From Diplonema japonicum (taxonomy: Eukaryota > Protista > Euglenozoa: Diplonemea): a stretch of 64,000 bases of DNA. Both the position numbers and the translations under genes were made by a program. Positions 46,071 to 57,200 of this stretch are shown one piece after another (position 1 is the stretch's first letter; every line of letters begins with the position of its first letter). Location: positions 310,001-374,000 of the forward strand of contig OZ025742.1 in assembly GCA_964019335.1 (NCBI GenBank), read 5' to 3'. The notes under the pieces are model-generated. The model searched no databases. It was not told the DNA's origin and saw only the letters and a list, made by a program, of their open reading frames with translations.

Positions 46071-46540
46071 CGGGAGTCGAGGGACTCCACGACAGCCAGG
46101 CTGGTTTCAGACGCGGCCGCTCCACGGAGGAGCAGGTGGCAACCCTCACTGCATGTCGAGGAACAAAGACGAACGACGTCTCTCGGCCGCTCTGCTGTTC
46201 GACTTCTCTTCTGCCTTCGACCTGGTGCCCCATGGTGCCCTGCTGGACAAGATGCGAGGGAAGGGTCTCCCCGAACCCTTCGTGGAGTGGACGCGGTCCT
46301 TTCTATGCGGCCGTACTGCTGCGGTCACGATTGGACGGTCGAGGGGGTCGACGACGAAGGTGCGACGGGGTGTCCCCCAGGGCTCTGTCTTGGGTCCCAT
46401 CCTGTACACCATCTACGTCGACGAACTCGCCAGGAGACTGGAGAGACTGGCGGATGTCGGTTGTGATCTCCTCTGGACAAGGGGACATGGCTGGGCTGGA
46501 GCGGAAGGCACAGGCAGTGGTGGATGCGGTTGAAATTTTT
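46070..46540 (+). pseudogene. Ingi-like reverse transcriptase fragment
   Basis: GLHDSQAGFRRGRSTEEQV, LLFDFSSAFD, RGVPQGSVLGPILYTIYVD, with frameshifts. Confidence 0.88.
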
Positions 46541-46629
46541 TAGGGCATGCGGCTTACAAACATGAGTTTTCCACAGAGGGTACAGTGCGTAGGGCAGGCT
46601 AGGTACCCCCTTAGAAAAGTGCCCAAAAA

Positions 46630-46683
46630 AAAATGTCCGGAAGATAAAATGTCTGGAAGATAAAATGTCCGGAAGATAAAATG
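46630..46683. repeat. Three tandem 16-bp repeats AAAATGTCYGGAAGAT
   Basis: Read directly. Confidence 0.9.
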
Positions 46684-46887
46684 ATACCTTCACTTTGATT
46701 TTTGATTTCTCAAGCTCTGCTTTTCAACTCAGCTTTGTTGATTTTTTCTTCCTTTCCCCATTTTCCTTTTATCCTTTTCAAACCTTCTACTCCCGACCCG
46801 GCAGTGGAACAGATATTATTATTATTATTATTAAAAACTTTTGCGACACATTAAAAACAAATTTAAAAGAAAAGAAAATTTACAAAA

Positions 46888-49800
46888 ATGGACCAGACCA
46901 ACGCGGACGCCTCCACGAGGCCTCCACTGGACAACTTGCAGATGCAAGTCGACGAAGCAGCCGCGGAGGAGGTTCCAGAGATAAATCTGGACCTCGAGAA
47001 GAAGGAGGAGAAGGAAGGAGGGAGGGGGCGCCCAGGGAACTGGGTCATGGGCCCCTTGCCGAAGAAGGTCGACAAGGAGGGAGCGGCAGAGATTCTCTCT
47101 GCAACGATAGCAGGAGAGACGGAAAAGGCCGTCATCCTGAAGACGGCAAATGCCGTCTTTTTACTTTTCTCCGCCGCCACCCCACCAAAACACACCCAAA
47201 CAAGGGTGAACGGCCAGGTAGCGACGCTACTACCTGCCGTCAAGGTGGTGGACCCTCTCGAGGCAAGAGAGGAAAAAAAGTGGAAAGGGAAGGGCGGAAA
47301 GAAAACAAAAAAAAGCCGCCTCAACAGGTACCCGGTAGATGGATTCTTAGCCCACTACGGGGAAAAGACGGGGTGGAGCCTCTACAAGGAGGCTGTCGAG
47401 GACTGGAACCAAAGAAGGGCTCCACCTCCTTCCGCCCAAAAGTTGAGAGATCCTCAACAACAGCAGAGCCCAGAACACTTAAAGGTTCTGGAAGAGCTAC
47501 GGGGACAGCAGCAGGTGCTGCAACAACAACTGCAGATGCAACAACAACAGCTGCAGCTCCAACACCAGCACCAACAGCAACAACCTCCGAACCAAGACAA
47601 AATCCTGGAAATACTGAAGGGGCAGCAGCTACAACACCAGGAGCAGATGCAACAATTCCAGCAGCAGCTACAAAAACAACAACAACAACACCAGGAGCAG
47701 GTGCAGCAATTCCAACAACAGCTGCAGAATCAGCAGCAGCAGCTACAAAAACAGCAGCAGCAACATCAGGAGCAGCTACAGCAACAGCAAGTAGCACACC
47801 AGGAGACGGTGAAGGGTCTCCTGGAGCTGGTGAAACAAAGCCAGCAGCAGCTAAAAAAGGACACCTCGGTGATCCAAAAGACGCTGCTCCAGTTATCACT
47901 GGGCAAAAAAAAAAAAAAAAACCGCCACAGACCCCGCCCAGCCCACGGTAGCCCTGCAGGAACACCCCCTCTCTTATACGGAGTCGGAGACCGAGCAGGA
48001 GGAAACCCCATTATTAGGGGCGAGAAGGAGGAGGGTGCCCGAGATGCTAGAGCATCAATCGACGAGGGAGACCCATACAAAACGCCGGAGGGCCCTGAGC
48101 GAAGCCGCAACAAGGCACATACCTCGGCACGGGTGTTTCACCGAGAGGAAGCCATGGTGGAACAGCGAACTGGACACGGCCTTTGAAGAAAGGGACACCC
48201 TCAGAGACGCCATCCTCAGGGGGGAATCCGAAGATCACGCAGGGCTCGCTGGGCTCAACAATGCAGTCAACGAGACGGTGAAGGCATCCAAAGAGAAGTC
48301 ATGGAGGAGCCTCTGCTCCAAGTTCAGCTCCTCCAAGAACTTGCCTGCGGCATTCAAGGCAGTCAAGGAGCTCGACGGCAGGTCATGGAGGCCACCGATG
48401 CCCCCCCTTCAACACGGCGACGCTCTTCTCACAGGCAACAAGGCTAGGGCCGATCGTCTCGGACGCTACTACGAGACGATCTGCGGAGACGACACTGTCC
48501 CTGGTCTCGACACAACAGGACAGACGCAGGAACCCTACGAGGGCGGAACGGGCTACTTCACGATGGACGAACTGCTGAGACAACTGCTCAGGACGAGAAC
48601 AAAGAGTGCTGCAGGCGACGATGGAATCTTCAACGTGATGCTGATGCGTCTGGGTAGGGAATCCCTGAGAATCGTTCTACAGCTGTTCAATCTCTCCTGG
48701 GCGAGCGGGCAAGTTCCGGACACGTGGAAACTGGCACTAGTCGTCCCGATCCCGAAGCCGGGCAAAGACCCCACGAAGATTGAGTCCTACCGCCCCATCA
48801 GCCTGACGAGCTGCCTCGGCAAGCTCATGGAAAGGATGGTCGAGGCCCGCGTGACGTATCTACTTGACTCCCCGACAACGATGGTAGAGGGACTTCACCC
48901 CGCCCAGGCTGGCTTCAGGAAAGGGAGGTCCACCGAGGAGCAGGTTGCCGCCATCGTGCAGCATGTGACGATAAAAAGGAACGCCGAAGTTAAGGAGGCA
49001 TGCCTCACCATACTCTTCGACTTCTCAAAGGCGTTCGACAGGGTCAACCACGAGGCACTCATTCAGAAGATGTCTCAGAAGCGCTTCCCTACGGCCTACA
49101 CCAGGTGGGTTTCCTCCTTCCTAACCACGATCTACGCGGACGACGTCGCGGTAGTAGTCTCTGCCACAACAAGGACTGAGCTCGAGGCCAGGGCCACGGC
49201 GGTAGTGGGTGCAGTCGAAGACTGGTGTACACGATGGGGGATGCAGTTGAGCAGGGAGAAGACGCTGTACGTCCCCACCCCCAAATGCGAACCGTACGAC
49301 TTCCACGTCTACTTCCCCTCGACCGGGGCGACGCATCCGGGCTTCGAATTCCAGCCGCTGGAGCTCAAGGGCCGACTCATCGCCGGGGGACCTACTCACC
49401 TGATCGGGAGGAGGCTCCTGTCCGTTAACCGCACGGCCATGACACGACGCGACGTCTCTGCACTCGTCTCCAAAGGGCTGGTGTATGAATTCTCCACGGC
49501 CGTCCCCGTCGCGAGGCGTGATAGGGCCAAGTATCTAGGGGTCATCCTTGACGCTGACTTGTCTTTCGGTGCCCATGCCCGCGACATCATCGAGAGATAC
49601 GACAAACGAATTCGCATACTGCGGCTCCTCTCCGGCTCGTCCTGGGGCAGTTCCGCAGCATCACTCAGGTCCTTGTACCTGGCCTACGTCCTACCGGTGT
49701 TCACCTACTCGATTGGCATCTTCTTCGCACTGATGTCTGCTCAAGACAGGAAGGCACTGTGCATGAGGCACGATGAGGCAGCCCGACGAATCACGGGGTG

Positions 49801-51430
49801 CGTCAAGAACACCTCCACCTCGGCTGTACTGTGTGAGGCCCGCTTGCGCCCGCTCGACCTGATGGCCGACGCTGCTTCTGCCATTCTACTGCAGAGGGCA
49901 CTGAGGTGGGTGGGAACCCCGGTGAACAGGGTGGTCAGGGGTGCAGCTACCGCAGGATGGGCCTTGGGAGCGCTGAAGGCGACGAGGAGTTCTGGGCTGA
50001 GTGCGGTTGCTTCCCTACCGCTAGGGCCTGATACGAGAGCCCCCCCCTGGGCGGAAGGCATCCACGTCGATCCCTACGCCACCGACACCAGGAGGACACT
50101 CCCCGACGATGTGAGGGCGGCAGCGGCTGCGGAAAAGCTGGACGAGATCCCAAGCGGCGCTCTGGTAGTGTACACGGACGGCTCGGTGATAAGGGGGAGA
50201 GGGGGAGCTGGGGTTGCCCTCAGAGTCCCCGACATGGACCTCACCCTTACCACCTCTCACGGGGCCGGCATGGTCTCCACACCCATGTGCGCCGAGGGCA
50301 CCGCTATCCTGATGGGGTTGAAGGAGGCTGCGGAGGTGTACAAAACGGTCGTGAACCTGAGGGGCCGCCCTCTCTACCTGCTGACCGACTCACAGACGAT
50401 GCTGCGGAGGCTCGCTGGGGGCCCCGGACAGCAGAGGGAGTCCACGGACAGACGGATCTGGGATGCCGCTTCCTGGCTCAGGGCCAAACGCTCCGGTGAT
50501 GTGCACTTCTGGTACATCCCCTCCCACTGCGGTGTGACGGGGAACGAGCTCGCCGACGGAGCGGCCAGGGACGGGCTGTCGAAGTCGCCTTGCGGGGTTA
50601 GCTACCGCTCCAGCAAGGCGGCCATAAGAGCGTGGCTGAGAGGAAGGTCGCGTGCGAGATACAACAGCGACTCCCCCGGCCACCACCGCCTCGTCACCGG
50701 TGGCGAATGTCTTTCTCTCCCACCACTCAGTAGGAGGGAGGAGGTCCTGATCATTCGGCTCCGGACCGGACACACGCCTTTGATGAGGGGGTACCTCCAG
50801 CTCAAGGGACCCCTGAGGGCTGAGGGGAGACATCACCTCACCTGCCCCGCCTGCAACGTTCAATCACCGCTCGACGCTGATCACCTGCTGAGGGGCTGTC
50901 ATTCTCTGGCTCCCACAGCTAAGTCCTTCTACGACACTGGGCTGCCGCTCCGCGCGCTGCTTTCCAAGCACTCCGCCGAGGTCTGCGCCTTCATCGAGGC
51001 CTCCGGGCTCTTATCATGGTCTGAGTGTGGGATCTTCCCCCCGGCCGACGCAGCACAAGGGTGATCGTGAGCCCATTATAGACCCCCCCCCCCCCCCCCC
51101 CACCCCTTTGTCCCCCCCCCCACACACACACACTCACACGCAAATGGGCCAAGAAACAACCTCCCGGGAGGCAGCCACAGGGAAGGCCGGGAGGGCGCAG
51201 GGCGCAGCAAGAGAACGCCCCTGCGTTCAGCCTCGAGGGGACCGCCCCGAATGTAATCAGCCAGGTCGGCTGTCCCAGGAAGGGGGAACGGAGCACCGAA
51301 GGGAAGGTTCAGCCCACGTGGTGGCCCTCTCGGTTACTCCAGACAAAAGACTGGACACACCCCACACCCCTCCCCCCACCCCCCAGTTTCCCCCCAGTGG
51401 TTATTATTGCAAAAAAAAAAAAAAAAAAAA
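46888..51430 (+). mobile_element. Defective Ingi-like LINE: Q-rich ORF1-like region, RT-RNase H-Zn finger ORF 48035-51064, structured 3' UTR, poly(A)
   Basis: IPKPGK..SYRPISLTS, YADD, YTDGS, LTDSQ, YIPSHCGVTGNELAD, CPAC..DHLLRGC; no APE domain; RT lacks the GVPQG segment at ~49127. Confidence 0.9.
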
Positions 51431-51547
51431 TGTAGGCACCCTCCCTTTGACTGGACACACCCCACACCCCTCCCTTTTCTCAGGTGTTGCTCTCCATGGC
51501 GGCCCTGCATTGGTATTTTGAAAAAAAAAAAAAAAAAAAAAAAATGT

Positions 51548-52708
51548 CCTACGGCGGGCCAGCAAAAGGCTGAGGGTGCTGAAGCTCTTGTCCGGCACGT
51601 CCTGGGGCAGCAAGAGGGACACTCTGCGGTCTCTCTACGTTACGTACATCCTCCCGCTGCTGCGCTACTGCATGGGGGTCTACTACAGCAGGCTCGATGA
51701 TGTCGGGAGGAAGGACCTGGCTGGGCTTCACCAGGAGGCGGCGGTGCTGATCACGGGCTGCTGGAGTGGCTCCGGAGGGTACAAGCTCCTAGCTGAGGCA
51801 GGACTGCTTCCCCTCGAAAGAATGGCGGAGGGTGCTGCGGCGACGATGACGGCGAAGGCCTTCTGCTGGCAGTCCTCCCCGGTTCACAGGGAGACGGTCA
51901 AGCTGAAGCAGGCGAACAGGCTGGGGTGTGGGTGGCTGCGCTCTGGCTACCAAGCACTGCGTCGATGCGGGTTGGAACCAAAGGTGCACTTCGAGTACCT
52001 GTCTGTTGTCGGTGGGTGCCCTGTGATCGGGAGGGGGGCGATCGACACTCCTGCTGGTACTCCCTCCCTAGCGTTCTCCCTGTCGAGACGCGTGACCCAG
52101 ATCTACGACCTCATTGTTGAGTCTGGCCTGCTCGCCTGGTCACGCTCCGGACTGTTCACCTCGCCATCATCCCTGGCGTCTACAGACGTCACTGCACCTT
52201 CAAACGTGCCGCCTCCTCCTCCGGTCTCTCTTGACGCCGGTCCCGCGGCCCCCGTGCTGCGCTAAGGGATCGCCCCGTGTGTGTGTGTTAAATGGAATGT
52301 TGTGTTTCCCACTTTCCTTTCCCTTCCTTCCCCTTCCTCTCACTGTTTCCCATTTCCCCTTTTTTTTCACACTCACCAATGATTCGCTCAATAGGAGCAA
52401 TTCCTCCCTGGGGGGCTTTCCGCCGGAGGTTCCAGCCAAAGAAGGACATCCAGCTGGAAGGTAGGCCCCCGTTTTTCTCTCACTTGACTGAGGGAATAAT
52501 GTAATTCAGCCCTCTTCGGCTGTCCCAAAGCAGAGCACGGGTTGGTGGGGGACCAGGGCTCCTCCTGCTTGCAGAAGCCTGGTCCTTTGCCCTCCCTATT
52601 TCCCCATGGTTTCCCTTCACCTTTTTATTTTCCCTTTTCTCAGGTGTTGCTCTCCATGGCGGCCCTGCATTGGTATTTTGAAAAAAAAAAAAAAAAAAAA
52701 AAAAAAAA
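51548..52708 (+). mobile_element. 5'-truncated, internally deleted Ingi-like LINE with 3' UTR family A and poly(A)
   Basis: LKLLSGTSWGS..LRSLY.. and C-terminal SGLLAWSRSGLF parallel the 48035 ORF (SGLLSWSECGIF). Confidence 0.85.
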
Positions 52709-52902
52709 TGTTTCTAACTCAATCTCTCGACTCTGGCTTCACTCCTATCCTTTCTTTTCACCTCCCTCCCCAGTGTCTTCCCTTATTTTCCATTACCAGG
52801 CCCCTGTCCCCCGCCCCCAGTGTTATTCAAAATATTCACCCACCTTTTCCTTTTCCACTTCTTGACTTTTAACTTCCCTTCTGCTTTCCCAACATGGTTT
52901 CC

Positions 52903-53217
52903 GTCCCGGGTATGACGTTAAACTGCGTCCGCCGACACATTTGGGTCAACATTCTCTGATGACCAAGCCGTCTTTTTCCGTTTCTTCTCCCCTTCTCTTT
53001 GTTATGTTATTTTCATTATTCTTTCTGGCGATAGACTGATACGGGCCATGGAAGCAACCTCTGCTTAATTCCTGGTACGTGGGAGGCTCCTCTTGAGGAT
53101 GTCAGTCACCTTTTCCCTTTTTTACTCGACTCTCTGTTTTCGTATGCAGTATTTATTCTTTCCCACCCCTTTTTATCTATTTCTTCGCTTCTTCATCCTA
53201 ACTTAAAACCATTTCAG
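52903..53217 (+). ncRNA. Structured repeat RNA family B, copy 2
   Basis: Matches 41339-41649; ends CTAACTTAAAACCATTTCAG. Confidence 0.6.
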
Positions 53218-53333
53218 TCACCTTTCATATAGAAAGAAAAAAGAAAAAAGAAGGACAGATGATTCAAGCTTCGGTGTACACGATCGAGCTTGATTTGAAT
53301 TCCTTTATTTTGAGAAAAAAAAAAAAAAGAAAG

Positions 53334-53365
<32 letters not shown>

Positions 53366-53399
53366 GAAGAACGAAACTTAATTGAATTGAATTTATTGG

Positions 53400-53828
53400 C
53401 TCCCGAAAGCCCAACAAGTCCAGCAGACGGTGGAGTTTCACAGTCAGCTGGTTAATTTTTCACAATTGAAACTCCTCCAAAGTTCTTAAAATCTGGGAGG
53501 TCGTCTCTTGTTACTAGAGGCGGCTAATGCCTCGAGACCCAGGTGCTGCCTGGTGGGTGGGATCGGTTTTATTTTATTATGAAAAGAGCGTGGTGAGGGG
53601 GTCCAAGTAATTTACTACAGGGAGCAGCGAACCAGGACCCCTCGACCAATGGCTCAGTAACAGAGACTGCTTTTCACGAATCACTTTCAAACACCTCTCT
53701 TGGTTTGAAGTGATGTCCCTTTCCCTTTCCCTTTCCCTTGAATGGTTTTCTCTACTCCCCTTCGATCCTCCCGCCTGGTAGTGGAATATTTATTATTATT
53801 ATTTATTATTATTATTAAAAAAAAAAAA
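53400..53828 (+). mobile_element. Structured non-coding segment C ending (TTA)n-poly(A); probable orphan LINE 3' end
   Basis: Four clear stems, same orientation and same tail junction as neighbours. Confidence 0.5.
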
Positions 53829-53831
53829 TGT

Positions 53832-54228
53832 ATTTTTTCCCTTCCTTCCCCTTCCTCTCACTGTTTCCCATTTCCCATTTCCCCTTTTTATTTTTCACAC
53901 TCACCAATGATTCGCTCAATAGGAGCAATACCTCCCTGGGGGGCTTTCCGCCGGAGGTTCCAGCCAAAGAAGGACATCCAGCTGGAAGGTAGGCCCCCGT
54001 TTTTCTCTCACTTGACTGAGGGAATAATGTAATTCAGCCCTCTTCGGCTGTCCCAAAGCAGAGCACGGGTTGGTGGGGGACCAGGGCTCCTCCTGCTTGC
54101 AGAAGCCTGGTCCTTTGCCCTCCCTATTTCCCCATGGTTTCCCTTCACCTTTTTTTTCCCTTTTCTCAGGTGTTGCTCTCCATGGCGGCCCTGCATTGGT
54201 ATTTTGAAAAAAAAAAAAAAAAAAAAAA
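53832..54228 (+). mobile_element. 5'-truncated copy of 3' UTR family A with poly(A)
   Basis: Near-identical to 52320-52708; a shorter copy lies at 51471-51544. Confidence 0.9.
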
Positions 54229-54239
54229 GGTAGGGAAGG

Positions 54240-54269
<30 letters not shown>

Positions 54270-54270
<1 letters not shown>

Positions 54271-57200
54271 TGTCAAGTGACAAAATGACGAAGCCGAGCA
54301 AGGCGGGCGCCTCCAAGGGGCCCCTACCGGACGGGAGCGAGCCCGACCAAGACCCGCCGCAGCTAGTGCTGCAAACCACCGAGGTGGTGATCAGAAAGAC
54401 CCCCCCCGAGACGACCCCCAAGACGAAGCCCACCCGGAAGCACTACGACGCAGTCGTAGCCCCGCTTGCCCCCAAGCCCACGTGGGCGGCCTTCATTGCG
54501 CAGGCTGGACTGGGGAAGTCGATGAGGTTCGACGGTGTCCTAGGCACCATCGTAACCACAGGGACTCCCCCTCTTCAGTCCTACTCAGTGAGGGACGGAG
54601 ACACTACCCATAAGGTGGTGTTCGAGGAGCAGAAGGGATCCTTTAAAAGGAAACTACCGGGTGGGTCTCGTAGAGGGACCAAAATAGACTTCCGCAGGGA
54701 GTTCGGGGGGGCGAGCTGGTCGCAGGTGTGGGAGCTGGCCGACGAGAAGGAGGGGAGGAAGAAGAAGGCGAGAGAGGAGAAGGGGGCCAAAGCCGCAAAA
54801 AGGAAGGCCGAGGCCAGGGAAAGAGAGGAGAAGCTGGAGGCGAGGATCCAGGCGCTGGAGAGCGCCGAGAAGGAAGAGGGAGGCGGGATGGAGGACGACT
54901 GGGGCTGGAGGGAAGCCATGGACAGGCGGATTGCCGAGTTGGAGCAGGCGAGGGAACAGGCCGGGCTGTGGGAGAAGGCGTGCGAGAGGAAGGTGGAAGA
55001 GGTGGAGATGAGAGGGGTGCGTACGGACGAGAGGACTGAGGAGCTGAACAGGAGGGTGGGCCTGGTGGAGGGCGAGCTTGGTGGCCTGAGGGGGGAGATT
55101 TCTTCCTTGAAGGCGTCATCGGAGAGGACGGAGCGGTCGGTGGAGGAGCTGAAGCAAGGGATGAACAGATTACTCATCCACTTGACTACAGGAGCCCCCC
55201 CACCAGGAACCTCCGAGGAGGCAGACGGGTCCCCAGAACAGAGGGGACACGTGCCGTCCACCGATGGCGCTGACGAGGGGACTGACACCCCAGACTGCCC
55301 CAGGCACGCTGCGACACCGGAGAGAAAGGGTACCGTAGCACCTTTATGCTACGACACCCCCCCACCAGCCGAAAGGCTCGTAGGAGTTGCCACAACAAGG
55401 CAGACAACCCTACACACCACCCCCTCGCAGACAACGCCCCTGCACAAGGTGAACCCTCCCGTAAAAAGGAAGGTTGAAGGCCAGTACTAAGGGCCGTGCA
55501 ATCTCATTCAACACCCCTTTCACCCCCTTTCCCACACCGTCTCTCACTCCCTGTCCCTACTCCCAAACCCCCAACACTACACCCCATCTAAACGAAGATG
55601 AAGTACTACCCAGCCTCTCAAGCCCTGGAAGCTGGGGTGACCGCAAAGGCAGCACATCATCACCACATCACCATCCCTCATCTTTCCCTCTCTCCACGCA
55701 CAATTCCTCCCCAAACAAGCACTCACAAACTCCCGTCACCGGTGACGAAGTATTACCCAGTATCCAAAGGCCTGGACCTAGGGGTGACCACACAGGCAAT
55801 CTTCACATTCGCAGAAATCCCGCAGCCAGAGGTCCGCACGGAAAACACTTACTGAGCTGCGGGGACATAGAAGCGAACCCCGGTCCAACCACCGAAAAGA
55901 CAACAAGAGTTGAACACTCTCTCCCTCCCGTCCCCTCTACTTCCTCTCTCTCACAGGCACACTCCAACACAACACCACCACCCAACAACATCAACGTACT
56001 GTCTCTCAATGTCAGATCCCTAACGGTGAGCACCACAGCGCAGCTGCTGAAGGGCATTGAGACACACAACATCGACGTGCTCCTACTCCAAGAGACTTTC
56101 CTGAGGCCGTCGAAAGATATAACCGGAGTCTTCACTGGGTTCAAGGCATACCGCCGAGACCGAACACGACCGGTGAAAAGAGGAAAGCAAATCAGCGGAG
56201 GGGGTCTCGTCACACTGGTCAGAGAATCGATACCGTCGAAACAGATCGAAGTTCTTCAGAAACCCAGCGACGTGACGGAAAGACTCGACGTAGAGATCTC
56301 GCTGCCCAACCGGAAGCCGTACAGACTCGTCAACCTGTACCTGCCTCCGACAACGGGTAGAGACGGCGACGACAGACCACCCCCCGAGAAATATTTCCGC
56401 CCGGCAGAGCTGCCTCATGACAGTTACACCATCATCGCCGGTGACATGAACGCCCACCACACGATGTGGGACAAAAGGGGCACTCCGAATAAGCTGGGAG
56501 AAATACTGCACAGCTGGATGCTGCGATGGGGCTACAGCACATGGAACAAGAGCAGCGAAGCCACGATCCTGAACCCGTCAGGAAACCCAACCTCTCCGGA
56601 CATGGTAATGAGCGGCGCAGAGTTCGACAAATCTTCTTGGAGGACGTTGCCAGCAATGGGCTCAGACCACGTTCCGATGTTCTTCAGTCTGAGAGGGGGA
56701 GTCAGCCAACCGACCAGAAGAGTACTCTACTCTTGGGGGAAGGAGGCAAGGAGCGCGTACAGGGAGACGATGGAAGAAAAGTGCAGCAGGCTGCTCAGGG
56801 CCAGAGACCCGATAAGGCTAAACGCTGAGTTTCGCACACTTCTTCTTCTATCGGCAACCGAATCGTGCGTCCCCAGGAAAGGACAGAAGAAAGGGAAGGT
56901 TTGGTGGAACGACGAGATTGACGCACTCGCAAGGCGACGAAGCACACTGAAGGCGAAGCTGTTGTCCGAGGATCACGACGGGAACGACGAAGACCTGGCA
57001 CGTCTAGCGGCGATGGAGGCTGAGCTGGACAGGGCGATAACGAGCGGGAAGCAGGCTGCCTGGGGCGACTACACCAAGAAGTTGTCCAAGGACGGAAACC
57101 TGACGCAAGCCTTCTCGGTCATCCGCAGATTCGACGGTCGCAGCGAGAAGCCACCAATAGCCCCGCTCCGACGAGGAAACGGTATCGCCACCACCGACAG

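Noticed and set aside
51159-51250. Local resemblance to HCV IRES (CCTCCCGGGAG..AGCCA) and HDV P4 (CGAGGGGACCG)
   Set aside because: Short GC-rich matches without the rest of either fold
52498-52545. Twister ribozyme (TAA...GTCCCAAAGC...GAG)
   Set aside because: P1/P2 cannot be built, and the homologous motif at 51250 lacks the AAGC loop
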